DNA of 64,000 nucleotides from an uncultured virus (IMG/VR IMGVR_UViG_3300043429_001189) (Duplodnaviria > Heunggongvirae > Uroviricota > Caudoviricetes): IMG/VR virus record IMGVR_UViG_3300043429_001189, positions 62,001-126,000 of that record. One strand, written 5' to 3'. The notes under the pieces are model-generated. The model was not told where the DNA came from. It saw nothing but the letters and a program-made list of their open reading frames with translations, and did no database searches. Numbering within the stretch: the stretch's first letter is position 1; each line of letters begins with the position of its first letter. Shown here one piece after another: positions 56,744 through 64,000 of the stretch. The translations under genes and the position numbers were made by a program.

Positions 56744-57292
56744 TTACCACAATCCATCAGAACTTTTAATATCCTTGACTTTAGACAAATCCCAATCAAA
56801 ATCTGAATGAACTTTAGATTTACTAAATATGCCTTTCATATATCTGACATTTCTAATATCCCAATTTCTTAGATTACCATCAAAAGGAGTATCATAAAAC
56901 ATAGATGCCATGTTGGTTACTTTACTAACATTCCACCCGCTAACGTCACCCTTAAAAGGTGTCCCTTCAAACATACCTTCCATGTTGGTTACATTGCTAA
57001 CGTCCCATTCGCTAATGTCACCTTTAAAATCTGACCCATAAAACATGTAGGACATATTTTTTACATTACTAACATTCCATTCGCTAATGTTGCCATTAAA
57101 AGGCATTTCTGCAAATAAGAATGACATGTCTTTAATTCGCGAAACATCAACATGACTTAAATCTGCATTAGGCCCAAATTTAGCTATTTCATTTTCAATT
57201 ATCGACTCTAAAGATTTCCGATCTATTGCATAAATAACTTTGTTTTGAGCAGCTTCGTTAAGAAACTGATCGAAAGATTTTAAATTTTTCAT
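56744..57292 (-). CDS. DUF285 (BspA-like) repeat protein
   Basis: About 5 repeats of F-x-G-D-I-S-x-W-(D/N)-V-S-x-V-x-x-M; starts MKNLKSFDQFLNEA. Confidence 0.9.
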   Translation of the reverse strand: MKNLKSFDQFLNEAAQNKVIYAIDRKSLESIIENEIAKFGPNADLSHVDVSRIKDMSFLFAEMPFNGNISEWNVSNVKNMSYMFYGSDFKGDISEWDVSNVTNMEGMFEGTPFKGDVSGWNVSKVTNMASMFYDTPFDGNLRNWDIRNVRYMKGIFSKSKVHSDFDWDLSKVKDIKSSDGLW

Positions 57293-57296
57293 TTTT

Positions 57297-58073
57297 TTAA
57301 ATTTTTATATGTTTCAGACCATACATTCTATCTACATTATCAGCCTTTGATAAATTCCATTGACTAATATCGCCTTTAAACTTAGAGTCTAAGAACATTA
57401 TAAATACATCTCTGACATTGCTAACGTCCCATTTGCTAATGTCGCCGTTAAATCGAGATTCTGCAAACATGTGCGTCATATCTCTAACTTTGCTAACATT
57501 CCACTTGCTGATGTCACCGTTAAAAGTTGTCTTTTGAAACATGTGCGACATATCAATAACTTTGCTGACATCCCACTTGCTGATGTCGCCATTAAATTTA
57601 GACCCTTCAAACAATGATGACATCATTTCAACATTACTTACATCCCATTGACTAATGTCGCCGTTAAATTTAGAATATGCAAACATATCAGACATATCAC
57701 GTACATTGCTTACATCCCACTTGCTAACATCGCCGTTAAACGAAGAATGACGAAACATTCCCCACACAGTGCGAGCATTACTAACATTCCACTTGCTAAC
57801 ATCGCCGTTAAATTTTGAGAATGCAAATGTATCATTAAAATTAGTAACATTGCTTACATCCCACTTGCTAACGTCGCCGTTAAATTTTGTACCTGAAAAA
57901 GCGGCGCTTATATCGGTTAGACCTGAAACATCAATGTGATTTAAGTCAGCATTTGGTCCTAGCAATTGAATTTCTTTTAAAATAATTGGTTTTAATTCTT
58001 TTGCGTTCTTTGGGACAATAATTTCGCGTTCTGCTTCATTAAGAAACTGATCAAATGTTTTTAAATTTTTCAT
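57297..58073 (-). CDS. DUF285 repeat protein
   Basis: About 8 repeats of 24 aa (72 bp); starts MKNLKTFDQFLNEA. Confidence 0.9.
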   Translation of the reverse strand: MKNLKTFDQFLNEAEREIIVPKNAKELKPIILKEIQLLGPNADLNHIDVSGLTDISAAFSGTKFNGDVSKWDVSNVTNFNDTFAFSKFNGDVSKWNVSNARTVWGMFRHSSFNGDVSKWDVSNVRDMSDMFAYSKFNGDISQWDVSNVEMMSSLFEGSKFNGDISKWDVSKVIDMSHMFQKTTFNGDISKWNVSKVRDMTHMFAESRFNGDISKWDVSNVRDVFIMFLDSKFKGDISQWNLSKADNVDRMYGLKHIKI

Positions 58074-58098
58074 TTACTATGTTTTTTTTTATATATAT

Positions 58099-58938
58099 TT
58101 AGTTAAACAAATCTTCTTTAGACGTTACGTCTCGCAGATTTGTCAAATTCCACATATGAACACTTCTTTTAAATTTAGATCCTTGGAAGATACTTTCAAT
58201 GTATTGCACTTGTCTTACGTCCCACTTACTAATGTCTTGATTAAATGATGAGCCATTAAACATAAAACTCATATTTTCTACATTGCTAACGTTCCATTTG
58301 CCGATGTTTTGATTAAATCGAGAGTCAGCAAACATCCATTGCATATCGGTAACATTTAATACATTCCAATTGCCGATGTCTTGATTAAATTTCGATAACC
58401 TAAACATATATGACATATCAGTTACTCGTCTTACGTTCCACTTGCTGATGTCACCGTTAAATTGTGATTCCGTAAACATTCCACGCATCAGCTCTACATT
58501 ACTCACGTTCCAACCACTGATATCTCCTTTAAATTTGGAATCTTTGAACATATTAGACATATCAATGACATTACCAACATCCCATTTGCTGATATCTTTA
58601 TTGAACTCTGATCCTTCAAACATACCTGACATATCTTTTACTTTGCCAACATTCCACTTGCTGATGTCACTATTAAAATGAGAATACAAAAACATATTTT
58701 TCATAGAAGTAACATTGCTAACATCCCACTTGCTGATATTGCCTTTAAATTGTGACCCTTCAAACAAGGATACCATGTTGGTAACTTGCGAAACGTCAAT
58801 ATGATTCAGATCTGCTTTAGGTCCAAGTCTAGCAATTTCGCTTTCTACTATATCCTTTAAAGTTTGTCGATCTTTAGCAATAATAGTTTCTTGTGTAGCT
58901 TCATTAAGAAAATGTTCAAAAGTTTTTAAATTTTTCAT
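58099..58938 (-). CDS. DUF285 repeat protein
   Basis: About 9 repeats; starts MKNLKTFEHFLNEA. Confidence 0.9.
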   Translation of the reverse strand: MKNLKTFEHFLNEATQETIIAKDRQTLKDIVESEIARLGPKADLNHIDVSQVTNMVSLFEGSQFKGNISKWDVSNVTSMKNMFLYSHFNSDISKWNVGKVKDMSGMFEGSEFNKDISKWDVGNVIDMSNMFKDSKFKGDISGWNVSNVELMRGMFTESQFNGDISKWNVRRVTDMSYMFRLSKFNQDIGNWNVLNVTDMQWMFADSRFNQNIGKWNVSNVENMSFMFNGSSFNQDISKWDVRQVQYIESIFQGSKFKRSVHMWNLTNLRDVTSKEDLFN

Positions 58939-58971
58939 TTACTATGTTTTTATTAATTTTAATATTGCACA

Positions 58972-59643
58972 TTATTTTTTTGCATATGAAGAGATTTTCC
59001 AATTTGAAGTATCCCCCTTGAAAGCTGAGTTATTAAACATGTCGGTCATATCCTCAACCTTACTAACATTCCACTTGCTGATATCTTGATTAAATTCTGA
59101 AGATTGAAACATTCCAGCCATATCATAAACATTACCTACATTCCATTTGCTGATGTCTTTGTTAAATCTTGAGTCTTGAAACATCCAAGACATATCAGTA
59201 ACATTACTAACATTCCACTTGCTGATATCTTGATTAAATTCTGAATAAGCAAACATACCAGTCATAACTTTTACGTTGCTTACATTCCACCTGCTGATAT
59301 CTTGATTAAATTCTGATGATGCAAACATATAGGCCATTAATCGAACATTCCGAACATTCCATCCTGAAATGTTACCATTAAAGACTGACTCCTGAAACAT
59401 ATAGGACATGTTTTCAACTTGACTAACATCCCATTTACTTATGTTGCCGTTAAAATCTGAATTTTTAAACAACCCCGACATATCTTTAACTTTTGATACA
59501 TCAATATGATTTAAATCCGCCGTAGAACCTTGTGTTTTGATTGCATCTTCAATTAGCTTTATTAAATCTGCTTTATCTTTAGCAATAATTGTTGTGCCTG
59601 CTGCTTCATTAAGAAACTGCTCAAAGGTTTTAAAATTTTTCAT
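58972..59643 (-). CDS. DUF285 repeat protein
   Basis: About 7 repeats; starts MKNFKTFEQFLNEA. Confidence 0.9.
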   Translation of the reverse strand: MKNFKTFEQFLNEAAGTTIIAKDKADLIKLIEDAIKTQGSTADLNHIDVSKVKDMSGLFKNSDFNGNISKWDVSQVENMSYMFQESVFNGNISGWNVRNVRLMAYMFASSEFNQDISRWNVSNVKVMTGMFAYSEFNQDISKWNVSNVTDMSWMFQDSRFNKDISKWNVGNVYDMAGMFQSSEFNQDISKWNVSKVEDMTDMFNNSAFKGDTSNWKISSYAKK

Positions 59644-59685
59644 TTACTTTGTTTTTTTATACTTCAATTCGGGTATTTACAAATA

Positions 59686-59711
59686 TTATATACTACTTTT
59701 TCCAAAAGTTC
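59686..59711 (-). promoter_or_regulatory. Bipartite promoter variant GAAC-N14-GTATATAA
   Basis: Upstream of the DUF285 array. Confidence 0.5.
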
Positions 59712-59755
59712 TTAAAATATAAATATTATTTTTACCGATAGTTTTATTTTTTAAA

Positions 59756-60052
59756 TTAATTTGAAGATTCTTCTGTCTCTTCAACAACTTGTTTTTTTTC
59801 TTTTTGGATTTGATTCACAATGTATCCCGCAACCGCAAATTCAGCCCCTGCCCATAGCACTGCATCAGATGCTGTTAATTTTTCTACATTTTCATAAAAA
59901 AACCAAACCATTCCTGATTGGCCAATTATAAATGCAATACTTGATTCTATTCTTTTTTTGGAAAAAAAGGATTCTTTTGATGTGTATATAAATCCTATTT
60001 CTTGTATAAACCATTTGATATTAGTCCAACCAAAAAACCATTTTTTGTTCAT
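59756..60052 (-). CDS. Small membrane protein
   Basis: 'SKKRIES' followed by two moderately hydrophobic helices. Confidence 0.6.
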   Translation of the reverse strand: MNKKWFFGWTNIKWFIQEIGFIYTSKESFFSKKRIESSIAFIIGQSGMVWFFYENVEKLTASDAVLWAGAEFAVAGYIVNQIQKEKKQVVEETEESSN

Positions 60053-60114
60053 TTTACATAGGCATATTTTTTAATTACTTTATATATCCATAAATGTATA
60101 ATGAACAAAGCATA

Positions 60115-60396
60115 TTATGATTGATACACTTCTTTGTAAATTTCGGCTAATTTAGTATAATCAGCAACTCCATATATACGAGTGGCAACGTCGCCGTTTT
60201 TAATAAAAACTGTATGTGGAACGCTTTTAATGTTATATTTACGCGCCAGCTCAAAATTTGCATCTTCATCAATATCCAAATCTTGAATCTCTACAGTATT
60301 TTGGTATTCTTCAGAAAATTTTTGAAATGAAGGTGCCATTGCTTTACAAGGTCCGCACCAGCTGGCAGAAAATTTAATAATCTTATTCATATTCAT
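60115..60396 (-). CDS. Thioredoxin
   Basis: 'FSASWCGPCK', 'IKSVP'. Confidence 0.95.
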   Translation of the reverse strand: MNMNKIIKFSASWCGPCKAMAPSFQKFSEEYQNTVEIQDLDIDEDANFELARKYNIKSVPHTVFIKNGDVATRIYGVADYTKLAEIYKEVYQS

Positions 60397-60592
60397 TCTT
60401 TAAATTTATATAAATCTTAACTTTTTCGTTTTCTTTTGCCGTCATAAACTCGTTATAAATCATTAATGAAAACTCATCTTTAAAAATTAATGAATCCGGG
60501 TTGACTATGTAATTTTTAAAAAAATTATACTCGCTGTTCTTTGCGCATTGAATAATTTTCTCAGTATCTAAAATTCTTTTATTAAATCCCAT
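60383..60592 (-). CDS. Hypothetical protein
   Basis: 69-aa ORF starting MGFNKR. Confidence 0.6.
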   Translation of the reverse strand: MGFNKRILDTEKIIQCAKNSEYNFFKNYIVNPDSLIFKDEFSLMIYNEFMTAKENEKVKIYINLKNEYE

Positions 60593-60748
60593 AATCTTGT
60601 TAGTTAAAAATCTGTTTGTGTGCTTTGTAGACGTTTATCCCAAAAAAAGTTAGCATTCTGTATTTCATAATATATAGCTTTATTTTAGGCATTAATCTCT
60701 GATATACACCAATCCTCAAACAGATTTTTAATTTGTTTATATATCATA

Positions 60749-61018
60749 CTATTCTTGATTCAATTCTTTCATTCCACGGTGAATATCCTTGATAGTGTAA
60801 ATACCTTGTGGACTATTGTCAACAGGATAGACTTTTGTTTTTGGCGGCAAAAATTTTGCGATTGGTGATTTCCAATAAAAATTTTTATAGCCTCGGAAAG
60901 CAACCTCAACTATTTCCACATCATCATCGTCCAAAATATCTGAAATGTCCGTATCTTCATCAATTTTAATATCTAACAATGAATTATCTTTAATAATAAC
61001 TGCGAATAGTGTACTCAT
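60749..61018 (-). CDS. Hypothetical protein
   Basis: 89-aa ORF. Confidence 0.6.
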   Translation of the reverse strand: MSTLFAVIIKDNSLLDIKIDEDTDISDILDDDDVEIVEVAFRGYKNFYWKSPIAKFLPPKTKVYPVDNSPQGIYTIKDIHRGMKELNQE

Positions 61019-61040
61019 ATTTATGTTTTTTAAATGTTAA

Positions 61041-61712
61041 TTAATGTTTTTTAACCGCATCTTTAACTCTGTTAATTAAGCTAGAAATTTCTTCGACATT
61101 ATCCACCGACCAAGCTTCTGTTTTTAGGATAACAAAACCTCCATCAGTACGGTCAAGACCTAAGTCTGAAACAACTTCTATGGTTAAAGTTTGATCTTCT
61201 CCATTAACGCAGTCGCCTTCCTGCCAAAATTCAAATTTTGCTGACATAAGTACTGCTTCTTGTGAATCTAAATCTTTTTTATTTTCTAAAGTATTATCCA
61301 TAATTTCTTCAGGTTTCTTTTTCATAATTAAACTATTCTGCCAGCTGCTTGTATCAAATCCTTCACCTAAATAAATAAAATGCTTGTCTTTTGATGACCA
61401 GTGTCCACACTGAGACTTTGATCTTATTAAAACAGGTTCATTTGCATAAGCAAAAGCTAATCCGTTTTCATTAACCGCAACATAATTGTATTGGTCAGGT
61501 ATGTCTTTTTCGGATAGCTGTTTAATCTTTCTTATGACAGAATGTTCCCAATTACTAGAGTCAAAGCCATAATCAATAAATTCCATTCCTTCTCCATACC
61601 AAATATCTGAAAAATGTCGTGGCACATCTTTAAATCCTTTAGCAAGACCGTCAGGATCAACAGCAGCCCATTCACAATTTTCAGGTATGTCCTGTTGTGA
61701 TAATTTTTTCAT
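61041..61712 (-). CDS. Hypothetical protein with a tandem duplicated ~60-aa domain
   Basis: 'LSQQDIPENCEWAAVDPDG' and 'LSEKDIPDQYNYVAVNENG' repeats. Confidence 0.65.
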   Translation of the reverse strand: MKKLSQQDIPENCEWAAVDPDGLAKGFKDVPRHFSDIWYGEGMEFIDYGFDSSNWEHSVIRKIKQLSEKDIPDQYNYVAVNENGLAFAYANEPVLIRSKSQCGHWSSKDKHFIYLGEGFDTSSWQNSLIMKKKPEEIMDNTLENKKDLDSQEAVLMSAKFEFWQEGDCVNGEDQTLTIEVVSDLGLDRTDGGFVILKTEAWSVDNVEEISSLINRVKDAVKKH

Positions 61713-61732
61713 ATAAATAATTATTTAATTTG

Positions 61733-62026
61733 TTAAAGATCCCAACTCAAGATTAAAGTGTGTACAATTTCACCTTTATTGTTGCGCTCTTCTTTTTCAT
61801 TTACCGTTATTCCATTATCTTTCAACTTTTGTATCAAAGAATTTTGAAAGCGCTTTTTGTCTGTGATCTGCAAAGAAGATGCATTCTTTTTAACAGCACT
61901 TAAACACAATTCAGCAATCTTTTCATAATTGATATTATTAAAAGATGGATTAGTGCCTTCTTCATTTTGCTTTTTAACAAGTTCAGTGCGCGCTTCTTTT
62001 AGTTGTTCAAACAGAGTTTTTTCCAT
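61733..62026 (-). CDS. Hypothetical protein
   Basis: 97-aa ORF. Confidence 0.6.
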   Translation of the reverse strand: MEKTLFEQLKEARTELVKKQNEEGTNPSFNNINYEKIAELCLSAVKKNASSLQITDKKRFQNSLIQKLKDNGITVNEKEERNNKGEIVHTLILSWDL

Positions 62027-62029
62027 AAT

Positions 62030-62383
62030 TTATATTTTGTTATTTTTTATAAAATCTTCTAGAATTTCATTTATGCAAGTACCGCCATCATAATAAACAG
62101 CAGTATAAGAAATGCTGCCATCTGCATTGGTGTGAAATACTTGTATGTCTTCATATGCAGCTTTAGAGATTTCTTTCTCAATCATCCAAATGGTATTATC
62201 TGAAAAATTAAAAATATAGTCTTCAAAATCTTCACACTCACTTGAATAATAATCATAATAAGTCACACCAGGAGGCAACCCTTCAGTTAACGGTCCAATC
62301 TGTTCTTTGCACCATTCTTCGATTGTCTTACCTTGTAAATTAATTTGTTTTAATTTTCCAATGTCTAATCTAGTTTCACTCAT
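62030..62383 (-). CDS. Hypothetical protein
   Basis: 117-aa ORF. Confidence 0.6.
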   Translation of the reverse strand: MSETRLDIGKLKQINLQGKTIEEWCKEQIGPLTEGLPPGVTYYDYYSSECEDFEDYIFNFSDNTIWMIEKEISKAAYEDIQVFHTNADGSISYTAVYYDGGTCINEILEDFIKNNKI

Positions 62384-62522
62384 ATTATTTAAAATTATAA
62401 ATTCTTCATTGTTTTGTCGATTAATTTTTTACTTATTAAATAAAAAAATCTTGAATTTTACAACTCAAGATTATTTAACTCCTTATTAAGGATATTTGGT
62501 ATTTTAGGGGTAGGCGTGTTTT

Positions 62523-62894
62523 TTAGTCTTGAGTAAAATCTTCAATCTTGTCATTGAAAGAAGATTGTTGATATGAAGATAAATTCTTAATTTCATCGCG
62601 TTTTCTTGGAGTTAACTCAATTACAGTGTACCCCATTCGGTAATACTTCTTTTCTGCTGCTGTCAAATTTTTATTACGGCGTTTTGCAACTTCTTTTAAA
62701 GCTTCTTTGTCATTACCTGTTTCCATAACATCGCCCCAAGTTCCTTTAACAAAAATTGGGTATGTTCTTTTAGTGCCAATTGAACCTCCGTAATAAACCA
62801 AAGCAAATTGGTCAGATAAATTTACTTCATTACCTTCGTTGAGAAATTCTTCCGATTCGTTGATAAAATTATCAAAGTTTTGAATATGTTTCAT
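62523..62894 (-). CDS. Hypothetical protein with capsid-targeting-like N-terminus
   Basis: Starts MKHIQNFDNFINES. Confidence 0.7.
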   Translation of the reverse strand: MKHIQNFDNFINESEEFLNEGNEVNLSDQFALVYYGGSIGTKRTYPIFVKGTWGDVMETGNDKEALKEVAKRRNKNLTAAEKKYYRMGYTVIELTPRKRDEIKNLSSYQQSSFNDKIEDFTQD

Positions 62895-62906
62895 ATTTGT
62901 GTTTTT

Positions 62907-63521
62907 TTATCCTACAATTGAAAAACTTAATTGATTTTCAGAAACTACCAAATTATAAACTTTATTAAATAGAGTCTCAACCTCACGTTTAATATCTGAT
63001 TCAAGCTGTGCCCTACTTTTTTGTGCAAAGTATTGTTTTAGAGATGCTTGTTTAAAAATATTTGCAGTACTCCGGTAATTGCGTGCGCTTCCTACAAATG
63101 AAACATTGACAGTTCTAGTTTTTGCCGAAGGTATATTACTGATTTGCATGTCTTTTCCCAACTTAGATTTCACCAAATCATTGTTTGCATTTTGCATCAC
63201 TGCATCAACAAATAGTTTCAATCCAGCTAAAAAATCGCCCATTTCGTTTGCATTAAAATACGGTCCGCTACCTTGAGAAACAATTGTGTATTTATCTCCC
63301 CAACCGCTTTCTGCTATGTCACTTGTTACTGCATCATACCTACCTGTGCTTATTTTGCTTGGAACGGCCATAACAGGTACTTTGCCTCCAGCATATTGGA
63401 TGGTAGCAGAATACCTTAAATCGCCGTATTCACCTACTCTCCATTGTGGCTTTCCTCCTGTCAAAGAAGCCTCGTTAAGATTTTCATTGATAAAATTATC
63501 AAAATTTTGAATGTGTTTCAT
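62907..63521 (-). CDS. Hypothetical protein with capsid-targeting-like N-terminus
   Basis: Starts MKHIQNFDNFINE. Confidence 0.7.
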   Translation of the reverse strand: MKHIQNFDNFINENLNEASLTGGKPQWRVGEYGDLRYSATIQYAGGKVPVMAVPSKISTGRYDAVTSDIAESGWGDKYTIVSQGSGPYFNANEMGDFLAGLKLFVDAVMQNANNDLVKSKLGKDMQISNIPSAKTRTVNVSFVGSARNYRSTANIFKQASLKQYFAQKSRAQLESDIKREVETLFNKVYNLVVSENQLSFSIVG

Positions 63522-63535
63522 ACTTGTGTTTTTTT

Positions 63536-64000
63536 TTAATTATAAATTTTTGATTTATCAACAACTGTTGAAATTTGCCAATCCGATATATCTCCATTAA
63601 ACTTTGAGTTCTTAAATATACCATTCATAGTCAAAACTCTTCCAACATCCCACTTGCTAACATCGCCATTAAACTTTGAATCCGCAAACAGCAATCTCAT
63701 ATCTTCAACATTTTTAGTATTCCATTTACTAACATCGCCATTAAACTCAGATCCTTCAAACATACTCTGCATATTTGCAACATTGCTTACATCCCATTTG
63801 CTAATGTCGCCATTAAACTTGGATCCTTCAAACATGCTTTTCATATTAGCAACATTGCCTACATTCCACTTGCTAATGTCACCATTAAATTTCGAGAATG
63901 CAAACATGCCTTTCATATTGGCTACCTTTCCCACATTCCACTTGCTAATGTCACCATTAAAAGGTGAGTACATAAACAAGTCAGACATATCAGTTATTTT
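63536..64000 (-). CDS. DUF285 repeat protein, 5' part outside the window
   Basis: Same 24-aa repeats; frame stays open upstream of 63988 (KITD-MSD) to the window end. Confidence 0.85.
   Translation of the reverse strand, partial: KITDMSDLFMYSPFNGDISKWNVGKVANMKGMFAFSKFNGDISKWNVGNVANMKSMFEGSKFNGDISKWDVSNVANMQSMFEGSEFNGDVSKWNTKNVEDMRLLFADSKFNGDVSKWDVGRVLTMNGIFKNSKFNGDISDWQISTVVDKSKIYN

Noticed and set aside
56744..59643. 72-bp periodic repeats as a CRISPR array
   Set aside because: They are in-frame, degenerate coding repeats of DUF285 proteins; there is no constant repeat/unique spacer pattern and no cas genes.
56744..64000. DUF285 variation as a diversity-generating retroelement
   Set aside because: No reverse transcriptase in the window and no template/variable pair differing only at adenines was seen.
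1..64000. Stop-codon reassignment, as seen in some jumbo phages
   Set aside because: Genes are full-length and densely packed under code 11, TAG and TGA both end genes, and no suppressor tRNA was found.

Overview
AT-rich fragment of a T4-like jumbo (huge) myophage genome, probably infecting Bacteroidota (inferred from a DUF4494-like gene and A-rich, Shine-Dalgarno-free translation starts). It uses the standard code, and nearly all genes are on the minus strand. 1-15.3 kb is a baseplate/neck/tail module interrupted by an amidoligase and a ribosomal-protein-S1 homolog. 15.3-27 kb holds accessory genes, including a plus-strand ATP-grasp + CapA island. 27-55 kb is a large glycosylation island: a probable cytosine-hypermodification cluster (Asp-type thymidylate-synthase homolog, dNMP kinase, Dcm-like enzyme, two BGT-like transferases, NTP-transferase/kinase), a BAHT-type heptosyltransferase and split HldE-like genes. 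51.7-56.5 kb is an RNA module: TROVE/Ro60 gene, 7 tRNAs, one tRNA-like RNA with no normal anticodon loop, and three copies of a covarying Y-RNA-candidate hairpin behind duplicated promoters. 56.7-64 kb holds DUF285 repeat paralogs and small genes with a T4 capsid-targeting-like N-terminus. The most striking signal is absent from the ORF track: a 39-codon leader peptide (56001-56120) with mutually exclusive terminator/antiterminator hairpins directly upstream of tRNA-Pro, -Thr, -Lys, -Gln and -Trp. Its last codons call for these same amino acids, suggesting a translation-coupled attenuator that switches on phage tRNAs when the cognate host tRNAs are depleted. All product calls come from motif recognition by eye; no searches were run.
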